From the NCBI GenBank assembly GCA_964016885.1, contig OZ024742.1, positions 293,570,001-293,634,000 of the forward strand: DNA of 64,000 nt, given 5' to 3'. The stretch comes from Eledone cirrhosa. Lineage: Eukaryota. The notes under the pieces were generated by a model that was given only the letters and a program-made list of their open reading frames with translations, made no database searches and was not told the DNA's origin. Positions 26,130 through 39,025 of the stretch are shown here, piece after piece; the first letter of the stretch is position 1; each line of letters begins with the position of its first letter. Both the position numbers and the translations under genes were made by a program.

Positions 26130-28449
26130 TTAAAAGTTATCTACAGTATTGAGGATGAAACAATCTACATATTGGTGAAAATAGTTAACAGATATTTTTT
26201 TTTATTTTTGTTCTGAAAAATCTGGGTGTGCGTGTGTGACTGCATATTTATGCACATGTGCATGTGTGCACTTATGTGTGTGTGGGGGGGGGGGGTCTTG
26301 TATGTGGATGTGCTATTCCTGTTAGTAGAATGTAGTTATACTAAATCAGGTTACTTGGGGAAAAATACAAAAAATCTTTGAAGAACACAGTCTAAAAGAT
26401 TGAACCACCAACATTTAAAAACAAAACAAAAACAACAACAACAGCTGTACAACCTGTTACCATGGAAACATAGTATTTCAGTAGATAAACGACATTAAAA
26501 GAGATTCTGCGACAATCTGTAATCATGTCTTTGTAAAAGGAGAGAGGGAGAGAGAGATTTGCTAGTCATAATCAATGTAGACAATAAAAAAGAAGATACA
26601 ACTTGTTGAAAATAAAAGTACAGCTCACATCTATGTTGGTTCAACTGGCCTCCTACAGGGTTGCATCTCATAGAAGGTTTCTTGAGGGTTTTAATGATTG
26701 GGGCCCTACTTTGTCAACACACTACATTATTATTATTACAGCTTACACCTATGTAAGTTTAGCTGGCCTCCTATGGGGTTGCATCTAATAGGAGGTTTCG
26801 TCAGTGTTTTAATGATTGGGGCCCCAGCACTATCATGACAAGAACAACCCCTGGACACACATGAACAGTCCACTGCAGAGGTTAACCATAGCTGCTGCTG
26901 CTGGTATTATTATTCTTTTTCAGCTGAGTAGACTGTAGCAACATGAAATGAAGCATTTTACTCAAGTACACAACATGATGCCTACTCCAGGAATCGAAAC
27001 CAGTACCTTATAATCATAAGTCTGTCGTGAAATTATTACAAGGGTACATAACACAGGCTAAAATAGCTATGACATCATCACCAGAAATAACTATGGTGTC
27101 ATCTGGGGATATAAGATTTTGGCTTGGTTTCTACGGCTAGATACCCTTCCTAATAGCAACCACATTTACAATGTGTGCTGGGTGCTTTTTGTCGAGACAC
27201 ATTGTCAGAATATATGCATACTGGTTTTTAGAATAGATAAACTGTATCTTTATGTCATAAGAATACTGTATAACAGTTTTTTTTTTAGATAGATACACCA
27301 CACCTCCATGTCATAGAATGCTGGATGTATCCCAGTTTTTAGAATAGATACATTGTAAAGTCTTAGCCCTGTAAAGTGGGAGAACAGTCCAAGACAATAT
27401 AGAGTAGAGAAGAACCTTTGGCTCTGTTGAATACCTGACAACCTTTCTAATGCTGGTGCCACAATTAAATGCACCCCCCGGTACACCCTGTGAGTTAGTT
27501 GGCGATAGGAAAGACATCCAGCCATAGAAAACATACCAAATATAGAACATATGAGCAAAATGAGGTCTCTCCAACCCATCTAGTCTCTGACCATTGACAA
27601 CACATTCAACCCATGCCAGCATGGAAAGCAAGTGTATGATGATGATGATGAAGGTGGTGGTGATGGTGGTGGTGGTGATGATGTGTGTGTGTGTCAAAAC
27701 AATACTGTATATATCCCAGGTTTTTTACAATACTGAATGTAAAGAGTTTCAGCAAAGTGTTGTGATGCAAACAAAGCTTAGTAGAAGATATATAAGGACT
27801 CTATCTTCTACCATCATAACATAATTAGTTGTATATAATAGTTTATAAGTAAACTAAATATTATTTTGGACAACCAAGTTCACAGTTGTAGCAGTAAACA
27901 AAACCCTGTCATCACTTGTATTCAATAAGAAAAGTAAAAATATAATTTTCAGAAAAAAAAAATCTTTACTTTATTTAATCTCATAAACCATGTTAGAAAG
28001 CATAAATTTAGTGAAGCCACAAAACTTGTTATCAGCAATAATGGCTTTGCCAAAATTTGAATTATTACTCTACTGAATACAAATATTGATATCAGTTTTT
28101 CTCAGCTTTACTTCTTACAAAAGGCACAAGATTACAACATTTCATAGGGTCAATCCTAAAATATTTGTTACTTTGCCAAACTAAATAGAAGAAAATGTAA
28201 AACTTTTATTTCAGTTTTACTGTACCCCCATTGAACTATCAGGCAGCAGGAGTTGGGAAATGTTCCAAAGACAAACTATAAATGATATTCATAGGACTTT
28301 TGCAAGGGGAAAGGTCTAAAATTGGAGTAAATTACACATGAGAGAAAAGAATTTAAATTGATAAATGTTACTAATTTTTTGGTCTAGTGTAGCATTAAAT
28401 CTACTGATATTTACATCTTTCAGAACTCTGGCAACTACAAGAAATAGAA

Positions 28450-28537
<88 letters not shown>

Positions 28538-28616
28538 ATCAGAATAGAACCAGTTGGAAACTGGTTAGACCATTACTCAACAGAGTACTCAATACTTGGG
28601 GTAGTGGAGTATGGCT

Positions 28617-28743
28617 ATATTATAAATAGTAGGGACCTACATGCTGAGCTCTCGACATTTCAACAAATCCCTTCAGCTAACAGTCTGGAACTAGATGTTG
28701 AAACAGCAAGAGCTCAGCTGTCGGGTCCCAGCTCTTTATAATA

Positions 28744-28744
<1 letters not shown>
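28617..28744. mobile_element. Small inverted-repeat (MITE-like) element
   Basis: ATATTATAAATAGTAGGGACCTACATGCTGAGCTCT pairs imperfectly with AGAGCTCAGCTGTCGGGTCCCAGCTCTTTATAATAT. Confidence 0.55.
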
Positions 28745-28782
<38 letters not shown>

Positions 28783-29105
28783 CAGTTCTGTATGAGCAAG
28801 ATATGATTATTTAACTTAGCATTGCCCACACCAGGACAACTCATCTAACTCATGCTATGGAAAAATTGACATAAAACAGTGATGATGATGATGATTGATA
28901 AGGCAACACAGTAAGACACTTTATTTTGATTGTTTTTCAAACAACAATATCTTCCAACATAATGCTGTTTTATCTGCTTTAATGACAAGTTTCTTTCTCT
29001 TTCTTTTTTTTTTTTTGGATTCTTAAACCAAAAACAAAAGTCACTGAATAATCACTAACTAGCGTGGAAAATGGACGTTAAACGACGATGATATATATAT
29101 ATATA

Positions 29106-32100
29106 TCATCATCATCTTTGTTTAACGTCCATTTTCAACGCTAGCATGGGTTAGACGGGAGTTGTCCCACTTGAGGCAGGGCTGGTCGGGTGACTGTGGG
29201 TCGCTCATATAGGACTATCTGGCAGGTTTTCTATGGCTGGATGCCCCTCCTAACACCAACCACATTTACAGTGTGGAACTGGGAACTTTTTACCGTGTTA
29301 CCTACACGGCCACATTACAGCGTGGACTGTGTGTGTTTTTTGTCGTGACACCTACATGATCTCGATCTCATTATCTCATTTATTTAGACTGGATGTTGTG
29401 GCACCAACTTTATAGAGAGAGGGTGGTGTTGGTGGGAGTGGGAGGTTGGTGTTGGTGGGAGGGTGGTGTTGGTGGGAGTGGGAGGGTGGTGTTGGTGGGA
29501 GTGGGAGGATGGAGTAGGGGTAGTGGATTGGGGTGTATATTTGGCTAAGTGGTGCCTACTGACTGTAGGTTTCGCTTTGTACATAGGCAAGGCGGGTCTT
29601 CTGTATTACTGCGTAGTGCCAAAGATCTCGGTCCAGTGACATTGTCTTAGAGAGATGCAAGTGTGTAAGGTCGGAATTTATCAGGTCATCCCAGGTTTTT
29701 CTGGGTCTACCTACTCCGTAACAACCATCAATTTTGATCGCCCTGCACTTTTTTATGCAGCTGTCGTCTTTCATGCGCATCACGTGGCCATACCAACGTA
29801 GTCTTCTCTCAAGTAGACAGCATCTGATCCCTCTTATTCCTAATTTCTCACTTAGTTCATTTATGCTTTGCCGTTCACGTATATTACTATTACACATCCA
29901 ACGGAGCAGGCATGCTTTGTTCCTTTCCAGTCTACGCAGGTCCTCTGCACATAATGCCCATGTCTCACTGCCATGTAGCATTGCTGTTCGTATACAGGCA
30001 TCATACAATCTGCCTTTCATTTTCAGAGAGAAACCTTTTGTGGCCAACAGCGGTATAAGCTCTCTGAACCTTTTCCATCCAGTTCTGACTCTGGCCACTG
30101 TACTTTCAGAACACCCTCCACCACTGCTGATTTCGTCACCCAGGTAACGGAAAGTGTCTACTATTTCTATAGAACCATCTGGGCAATAGAAGGAGCTAGT
30201 ATCCTTTGGACACTTGCTACTTATTGCACCTGAGCATTGGCCACATATAAAGTCTACGTTCTTAGATAGTTTACCTGTGATCCCACTACATCTTTATGTA
30301 CCCATACTTTGCGTTTGGGACATAAAATGGAATTTCTGCCTACTCCTTTCCTACACACTGAGCATGGCCATTTCCCTGAGGGCACCTGTGCCCTATTTTC
30401 CTTTCTACAAACTAGAACTTTAGTCTTAGACAAGTTAACATTAAGGCCTTTTGATTCTAGGCCATGCTTCTATGTTTCGAATTTCTTCTCTAGTTCAGCC
30501 ATTGATTCAGCTATGAGTGTTAGATCATCTGCGTATAGGAGTTCCCATGGGCAGCCGGTCTTGAACTCCTCTGTTATAGCCTGAAGGGCAATAATAAATA
30601 AGAAGGGGCTAAGGACAGAGCCTTGATGAACGCCAACTTTTACACTAAATTCTTCACAATATTCATTGTTAATTCTAACCTTACTGACCGTTTCATTATA
30701 CATAGCTTGTATAGCTCTCACAAGCCATTCATCTACACCTAGTTTTCTAAGAGCCCACCAGATAATGGGGCGGGGGACTCTGTCAAAAGCTTTCTCCAGG
30801 TCTACAAAAGCAAAGTAGAGGGGTTTACTTTTAGCTAGGTACTTCTCTTGCAGTTGTCATACAAGGAAAAGAGCGTCTGTGGTACTTTTACCTGACACAA
30901 ACCCAAACTGCATTTCATCTAGATCAATTCACTCTCTGATTAGTTGTGCTGTAACTCTTTCTGTGACCTTCATGACCTGGTCAACTAACTTAATGCCTCT
31001 ATAGTTTCCCCTATCTAGAGCATCCCCTTTACCCTTGTAGCAGTTAATGATGCTGCTGCTACGCCAGTCTTTCGGTATGACCCCATTCTGTATTACTTGG
31101 TTAACTATACGGATGACCATAGTGTGTCCCACCATACCAGATGCCTTCAACATCTCAGCAACTATCTCCGAATGCCCAGCTGCCTTGCCTGTCTTCATAT
31201 CTTTGATTGCCTTACTTATTATACTACCTTTAACTTGCACCGCTGGTCCTTCTATTGGATCGATTTGGGGCAGACTATCTTTTTCCCATTTATTCTCCTC
31301 ATTTAATAGTCTCTCGTAGTGACACTTCCAGGCTATCTTCTTATCAGTGTCAGTGAGCACAATTACACCATTATCATTACGGACTCACTTCTCCCCGACA
31401 ATATCACGGTTTTCCTTGACACATTGTCTAGCAATCTTGAACACCTCACGTTTTTGGTCCTCACGTTGTAGAACATGCTTGAACTTTCTATCCTCTGCTA
31501 GCCTTTTTGCAAGGTACACTTGTCTCCTAGCTTCTCTCCTGGCCACTTGATAGTGCTCTCTACTTCCCCCATCCTGCCATACTTTCCAAGCCTGCTTTTT
31601 GGCCTTGATTGTCTCTTCCACCTTACTGTTCCACCACCAAGTTACTCTCCTCCTGCCAATAGGTCTGCTCCAGCCACAGATTTCATCCGTTGCTTTCAGC
31701 AGGTTCACTTTCAGGAATTTCCACTGTTCCTCTATATTGCACGTCTCTAATTGCTCTTCCTTATTGTCAAAGGCATCAAGTAATAAGCTTTTAAATTTAT
31801 CACTGGCTATGAGGTCCTTCAACTTCCATATTCTTCTCAAGGTAGGCCTCCTCTGTCGTCGAGTACGTCTATTCCTGACTATGAGGTCACTAACTACTAG
31901 GCTATGTTGGGAGGTGCATTCTTCATGGGGGAGGGATTTAGTGTTTACAACAGACATTTTGTCCCGTCTTCTAGTAAGGATATAATCTATCTGGCTGGCG
32001 TGTTTCCCTGATCTATAGGTGATCAAGTGGTTTTCACGTTTTTTGAAGTTTGTGTTACAGATAGTTAGGCTATTTGCATCACAGAATTCCAGGATTCTGA

Positions 32101-33050
32101 AGCCCTCCTCATTTCTATTTCCAACCTCATAGCCTCCATGGATTCCATCATAGCCATCACTATGTTGTCCAACGTAGCCGTTTAGATCGCCAGCAATAAT
32201 TAAGTAGTCACTGTTGGTTATTTGGGAGGTAGTGTGCATTAGCATCTCATAGAACCTGTCCTTTATAATATCAGGTAGACCAGATTGGGTTGCATAAGCA
32301 GATATTATTGTCACTGTAGTTCTATTTAGAACTAGTCTTAATTCATTCATTCTGTTATTCACTCTATTTACGTCAATTACCTTATCTACCCATTTTTCAG
32401 CTAACATAATTCCTACACCACCCTGTCCGTTGTCATTTCCCACCCAGAAATGTTTATAGCATCGTTTTTTACCCACGATGAATCTGGCAGACCCCCCCCC
32501 CCTCTCCACCTAGTCTCTTGAATACAACAAACATCAACTTCTTTACGTTCAAGCATCTCTACAACCTCATTTGAGCGACCTTTCAATGTGCTTACATTCA
32601 TGGTACCAACTCTGAAGTTGTGAGGGTGGGATGGATGGGTTGGAGGGGCAGGGAGGGGTGTGGGAGACAGGATTTTGTTGGTCATCTGTGTATGAAATAA
32701 AGAGGGGTCCTTGTATTCTCGTCTTGTAGCGGGAGGTGAATTTATCTTTATCTGTGACATTGTCATTGAGTGCTTAGACTTTTCAAATTTCCGCAGTCAA
32801 CCCATCAAACAGGTCTAAACTTAAGGAGTAGTAACCGGGGTGGTAGCTTTGCTATACTGATTTGTTAGAGAACTTACTAAAGCCGTTGAGTTATGATTGG
32901 ACCATATAGCAATGGTCGTGTGTGGGGGTGGGAGGGCGGGAAATGGGTGACTTTTTGGAAGGGTCCAACAGATTGAGAGAAGTTTAGTTTATGGAAGAGT
33001 ACAACAGATTGAGAGAAGTTTAGTTTATGGAAGAGTCCAACAGATTGAGA
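29106..33050 (-). mobile_element. RTE-clade LINE, family B, near full length but multiply disrupted
   Basis: ORF fragments 32766-32413, 32509-31385, 31360-30929, 30721-30470 and 30098-29556 give APE then RT. Near-identical by eye to 22036-24662 in opposite orientation. (GAT)n tail near 29106; 36-bp tandem repeats at about 32957-33050 in the 5' UTR. Confidence 0.92.
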
Positions 33051-33430
33051 CATATTAAAAACATGTAAAATAATAATTTAAAATCAGAGAGGAAAACGGA
33101 GAAAGAGAGAGGGGGGGTGAAATTGGAAATAGCACTGAAAATATATTTAAGGGTCTGTTTTTCTTTTTTCCCCCTTCCTTTGATTCGTCAAAGTGGCATT
33201 ATTGAAAAAATGAGAGGGACAATTCTTTTCAAAAAAAAAAGTTTTATAATGTATATAAAGTATTACCAGTTTCAATGTATTAGTAAAATTCATCTTATCA
33301 AATGTTGAGTATTACAATTAAAAAGAATTAATAAGAATTAAAAACAAAAAATTAAAGATTTAAAATTAAGTATTGAGGTAAATTTTTTCATCTTCCTTGT
33401 TGAGAAGGAGACTAAAATTTCAAATAAGCC

Positions 33431-33476
<46 letters not shown>

Positions 33477-33480
33477 CATA

Positions 33481-34720
33481 CTAGCAGCAGTACCCAGCGT
33501 TGCCTGGGTAGGTAAAATAATATCTGCTTTGATGAAAAGGTGTTGATCTTAGTGACTGCTTCTCGATGACTCATCTATGGCCACACACAGGCCATGCAGG
33601 GGAGGGTGGTGATGACCTCTATCACTGAGAAACGTGGGTAACTGACGAAGGGGCATGCTGGGGGAGGGAGGTAATGACCTCTAACACTAAGCCAAATTTC
33701 CTCATGCTACTTGATTGGAAACCGATGAATTCTCAAATACACAACTAAAAGCTCAGACGACGTCAGTGGCCATCGTTTTGCCTTTGACCATCTATAAGAT
33801 GTGCAATGATAGGTTCTATCGTAGTATAAAAGTTGAACCAAATAAATTGATTTATGTGTGAGGTGGAGCCGAAGTTTCGAATTTGAACGAAATCGGTTGA
33901 AAAATGTGGGAGCTAATGATAGGTCGCCGTCCCTGAACAAAAAATGCAAAGTGTAAAGCTACTATAAGATGTGCAATGATAGGTTCTATCGTAGTATAAA
34001 AGTTGAACCAAATAAATTGATTTATGTGTGAAGTGGAGCCGAAGTTTCGAATTTGAACGAAATCGGTTGAAAAATGTTGGAGCTAGAGCCAAAAAGTCGG
34101 AAATTTGAGCGAAAAGGTTGTATTTTTGAATATTTAAGCGGCTGCCACACTGTTCCTGAACAAAAGATCCAAAATGTAAAGCCACTTTAAGACGTGAAAT
34201 AATCAGATCTAGCGTAGTATAAAATTTGAACAAAGTAGGTTGATTAATGTGGGAGCTAGAGCCAAAAATTTGAGTCTAAAAGTAGTATTTTTGAATATTT
34301 AAGCGGCTGCCACACCGTCCCTGAATAACAAATGCAAAATATAAAGCCATTACAGGATGTGCAATGATAAATTCTATTTTGCTTTAAAATTTGAACGAAA
34401 TTGGTGGCAAAATGTGGGAGCTAGAGCCAAAAATCTTTTTTTTCGATACCTACAGTCCTTATTCTCATGTTTTACTATTTCTCTCCTTTCTATATTTTTC
34501 TCCTTTGGCTAAGCCCTTGCACTTTCTATGTAATTTTCCTAAAGGCATAACTTGTCTCTCCCAGTTTTGTTATGTCCCAATGTGCACTAGAATGAACAGT
34601 ATCGCCCTATATATACCAAAACCATAGTGATTTCCAGAGGTTGACTGAGGAGATGGGACTGTCTGTCTCTGGATTTTTTTCTATTGTCTTTGCCCTGTGC
34701 GCGCCCTATTTTGAATATAT
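33481..34720 (-). mobile_element. Non-autonomous Helitron
   Basis: Minus-strand 3' end reads ...TACCCAGGCAACGCTGGGTACTGCTGCTAG|T (GC hairpin, then CTAG, then T), inserted in (TA)n. Internal ~170-bp tandem repeats start near 33792 and 33962, with degenerate copies to about 34430. 5' boundary approximate. Confidence 0.7.
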
Positions 34721-34837
34721 ATACACACACACGCGCGCACACATGTGTGTGTGTGCATTCAAAATAGGGCGCGCACAGGGCAAAGACAATGGTTAAAAAC
34801 CCAGAGAGACAGACAGTGTGTATATCATCATTAGCGT

Positions 34838-35213
34838 CATCATTTTATGTCCGCTTCTCCCTGCTTGCAAGGGTGGGACGGGAACTGATTCTGGCTTGAT
34901 TCTACAGCTGGATGCCCTTCCTAACACCAACCTCATTTACAGTGAGTGCTGGGTGCTTTTTTTCTGTGGTGCCTACAGGTTCACTTTAAAATGTGGGCTG
35001 GGTGCTTTTTTGCTGTGGCACCTCCACGACCACTTTGCAGTGGAATGATAGGGACCCCAGTCCCTATCATCTCATTTCTACAGCTGAGTAAACTGGAGCA
35101 ATGTGAAATAAAGTGTCTTGCTCAAGGAAACAACACATCACCCAGTCTGAGAATTGAACTCACAACCTTTCGATTGCAAGGCCAAAGCTCTGACCACTAA
35201 GCCATGTGCCTCC
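34838..35213 (-). mobile_element. tRNA-CORE SINE
   Basis: Near-identical to the copies at 24664 and 42897. Confidence 0.87.
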
Positions 35214-36399
35214 ATATATCTATACATATACACTAGCGCGCATGCGCGCGCGCGCGCGCGTGCTCTGTATCACAGACTGGCACTTCTGAAGTGCAAGTCC
35301 TGCAAATTCTTTGAGTGATTGGGAAAGTTCAACGTACTAGCACATCATTTTGCAATAGTGGTTTCTCTCAAAAGGTAAATGTTGAAATGCATTTGATTTT
35401 GGGATTGCTGAATAAGAACTGACCTGAGGTAAATCTACGACATATAATAAGTATGTGTCTAATATATTTTTATATAACAACAAATTGTATGGTGTTGGTA
35501 TATGATAAGATTCTAATAATCTAAGTTTTGAAATTGTTTTAGATGTAAGGTGTGGTAGTTTGCTTGAAGCATTCAGCCACATGCTGGAGAGTATGTGGTG
35601 AGCTTATGTATGTGTGTATGTGTGTTAGGATATATAGGTGTATGAATTCATATGTATTTGACCACTTGTCCCCTCTTTCCTCTGCTTAACAACCAGCTGG
35701 CATACTGCAAGACAGAGCAAATAGCCAGCTTCCCTTCTCCTTTGTTGGCGGCACTATGAGGACTAGGGAGGGGCAGATTACATATCTAAATTTACAACCT
35801 ACATTATGGTTCTTAGTTTCAGATAACAAATAACACATTTTGTTTAACATTCTTTTACAAATAGGATATAAAAAAGGGATGGCTTGGATTTATAGTTACA
35901 AGAGAGAATCTAACCTCTACAACCATACTCCTATTACAAGATTGACAATCTGTGGGTGAAGACATTGAGGTTCACAAAATGAATTAAAAAAATAGCAACC
36001 TTAATACACTGCAAAAGAAACACACCACAAAAAACAAATAACTATGCAGAGAAAATCTTCTGAAACCAAATGAGCAATGCACACACCAAATATGACCATC
36101 CATCATATGGCAGATATTCTCATACAAATTAGAAATAAACCAAATCATGATATAAACTAGGGAAGCCTCACTGATCTATCTGTGTGGTTAATAAAGTTAA
36201 CAGAAGTACTGAATATTCATAAACTAGTAGCACCATCAGACCTAATCAATTTTATGACCAAATTCAATGAAAATTTAAAAAAAACATAGTATCATTAAAG
36301 GAGCTAATTCAACATACCAACCAGTCAAACACGCAAAAACAACAAGATCCGATAGAATTAAAACAAGCCATAGACAATTACAGCAAACAAAACAGCAAA

Positions 36400-36947
36400 T
36401 TTAGCAGTATTAGTATGTTATCGCCACTTTAGCAGGGTGGTAGAATCAGTGGTCGTTAGTTGCCAGTGTGGTAAGTGATAGTATCCTCGTTGGATTATCT
36501 TGTTGACATAGACGTGAGGGAAGGACCCGCGATCTATTTACCATCTATTTACAATATTCCTTTCGTCAGGTCGCCAATTCCAGCAGCATGGATTAAAGAT
36601 GTTATTGAGACACGAGTAACATAATAATGACTTCAACCGCAGTAATTAGAGATGAAATGTTTGTTTATTTATATGGTTGAAGTTACAGATAAAAAGAGGT
36701 TACAAAAGGGAATGTGCCATTGCGCCGTTAAGCCGGCGAGGCTAGGGGTGCAATATCTCACTGCTACATTATGCGTGTTGCTGGCTCGAAGTTTCTGGTA
36801 CAAGAGAGAGATTCTTCAAATCTTCGCGGGGAATTTCTTCCTCAGGGCGCGTAGGGATACATCCTCTTCTACTGGCGCTGATTGGCTGAACTGAGCCAAA
36901 TCACGCACAGAGAATGTATGTGAGCCCGCGGAATGTAGGTCACTACA
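36400..36947 (-). repeat. 3' LTR
   Basis: Direct repeat of 38473-39025, preceded on the minus strand by a PPT-like tract (36948-36960). Confidence 0.88.
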
Positions 36948-38456
36948 TCACCTCCGACCAGATTTTCAGCCGAAAATCGATAACGAAGAAACCAAGGACC
37001 CACATATTATTGAATCAGCAAGAACAAATGCTGAAAGAGCACATCAGTGAAAAAATAATTGAGCAGAAAGATTCATGCAAGAACAAAAAAAATTAGGCGC
37101 GACGGGCCGTGTTGAGCCGCTGTCAAATGACTAGCTGTTTTGTAGTTTAAACGAGACCCTCAAGGGCCTACCAGAAAACAGATAAAGTCTGACATGGGCG
37201 AAGTTGCTGTTCTTGCATTAAATGTTAATGGTAAGCGTTGTACCAGTAGTTTACCAGTGCTGGCGAGAAAATGATGGCCCCCCAGATGTATTGTCGAATG
37301 TGCTGTGGAGCCAGGAAAAAATGGCTGGTTGCTTTGTAAAGAAAAAAAAAGGCAAGTTTAATCTGTAGGTGGGTTGCAGTGTAAATTCCATAATTCGGGC
37401 GAATCCACAGAAGTGGTGGAAATGCTGACAAGTCCAGTCCAATTTGTTGCTTTCCCAGTGAGTCGGGCAAAAACAACAATACGGATGGCCGTCATGGACG
37501 ATCAGTGTGCAAGTATTCTCGTGTTGCGGTGACTGTTTGAATCCAGTGGATTAAGCTCTGTGAGCTGCCAGCATCTCAACCAGGTGAAAAGGGACTCGCA
37601 GAATATTACGTTTGAAGAACATATACCAAGAACAACATGTTGGTGTGTGATAAAAAAAATGTGTGCATATGCAGGCATGTAAAACAGCAAAGAATGTGAA
37701 TGAACAAAAACCATGAGCAAGCAAATAGCAAAAGAGCACAAAACAAGTAAATGCATTCTACAAAGAAATATGTGAATGTAACAAACTGATAATTCAAAGT
37801 CAATCTAGGGGAGCAGAGAAATTGCTCAATAAGTTCAAAGTTTTTCAAAGTCAAATAGTTCACACATCACCAGTGTACAGACACTAGTTCTATCTGAAAA
37901 CTGAAAAAGAAGTTTGTTAATGCCGTTAGGGGTTAGATGTATGGTGTTTTTGTGAGATTTCGTGGCCATTTTCCCGTCCCGCCACACGGTTGTGTTGCTT
38001 ATTGTTAAAGCAAAGTCAAAGAATCTTCTGTAGAGTAGGAGTCACCAAATATGGCAGTCACGTCTGACGCCATAATGGTGAGAAAACTACTGTCTCAATT
38101 TCTCGCGTCCCTGTGGTAACGAGACAGAAGGTATGGTGGTTGCGTCGGTAAAGTTACAAGCCGTTTTGAAATTTCCGATGTGTGGTGGTTGGCGTCGGTA
38201 AGGTTATATAGCTGCCACTCACTGTTCCCTGTATTGGTCAGTGGTTAAACAACGCTGTCGCTGCTGCTGTCATTGTTGTTGTCAAGCGTAGCCATGACAT
38301 GTCGGTAGCCATCTTGAAATTTTTTCGTGGCGAAAAAGTTTTTGAAATACTGCTAATTTTTCAAAAATCTTAAAAGGAATATTCTGGATTTTCGCAAGTT
38401 GCGACGTGGCAATAAAAGTTAAACTGAATGAATAAGAAGGGCTGCGTGATATTCTT

Positions 38457-38471
38457 ACGTCGGGGTCACCA
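38457..38471 (-). promoter_or_regulatory. Primer-binding site complementary to the tRNA-Trp 3' end
   Basis: TGGTGACCCCGACGT equals the first 15 nt of the classic tRNA-Trp PBS TGGTGACCCCGACGTGAT, and lies 1 nt from the LTR end. Confidence 0.88.
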
Positions 38472-38472
38472 C

Positions 38473-39025
38473 TTTAGCAGTATTAGTTATAGATGTTATC
38501 GCCACTTTAGCAGGGTGGTAGAATCAGTGGTCGTTAGTTGCCAGTGTGGTAAGTGATAGTATCCTCGTTGGATTATCTTGTTGACATAGACGTGAGGGAA
38601 GGTCCCTCGATCTATTTACCATCTATTTACAATATTCCTTTCGTCAGGTCGCCAATTCCAGCAGCATGGATTAAAGATGTTATTGAGACACGAGTAACAT
38701 AATAACGACTTCAACCGCAGTAATTAGAGATGAAATGTTTGTTTATTTATATGGTTGAAGTTACAGATAAAAAGAGGTTACAAAAGGGAATGTGCCATTG
38801 CGCCGTTAAGCCGGTGATGCTAGGGGTGCAATATCTCACTGCTACATTATGCGTGTTGCTGGCTCGAAGTTTCTGGTACAAGAGAGAGATTCTTCAAATC
38901 TTCGCGGGGAATTTCTTCCTCAGGGCGCGTAGGGATACATCCTCTTCTACTGGCGCTGATTGGCTGAACTGAGCCAAATCACGCACAGAGAATGTATGTG
39001 AGCCCGCGGAATGTAGGTCACTACA
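38473..39025 (-). repeat. 5' LTR
   Basis: Matches 36400-36947 except for about 5 substitutions and one 5-bp indel (counted by eye). Confidence 0.88.

Larger units (their letters stand above)
36400..39025 (-). mobile_element. Non-autonomous LTR retrotransposon (Gypsy-like internal-deletion derivative)
   Basis: Direct repeats 38473-39025 and 36400-36947 begin TGTAGTGACC on the minus strand. PBS TGGTGACCCCGACGT follows the 5' LTR. Purine-rich TGGTCGGAGGTGA precedes the 3' LTR. CCAAT and TATAAATAAA lie within the LTR. Flanked by duplicated ACAATTACAGCAAACAAAACAGCAAA(TT). No long ORF. Confidence 0.85.

Noticed and set aside
36520-36570. Retrozyme idea: CTGACGA on the minus strand inside the direct repeats
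   Set aside because: No GAAA follows the candidate stem II. The PBS and PPT explain the repeats as ordinary LTRs.
37225-37863. Short ORFs inside the LTR element
   Set aside because: All are under 90 aa, and I recognise no gag, protease, RT or integrase motifs.
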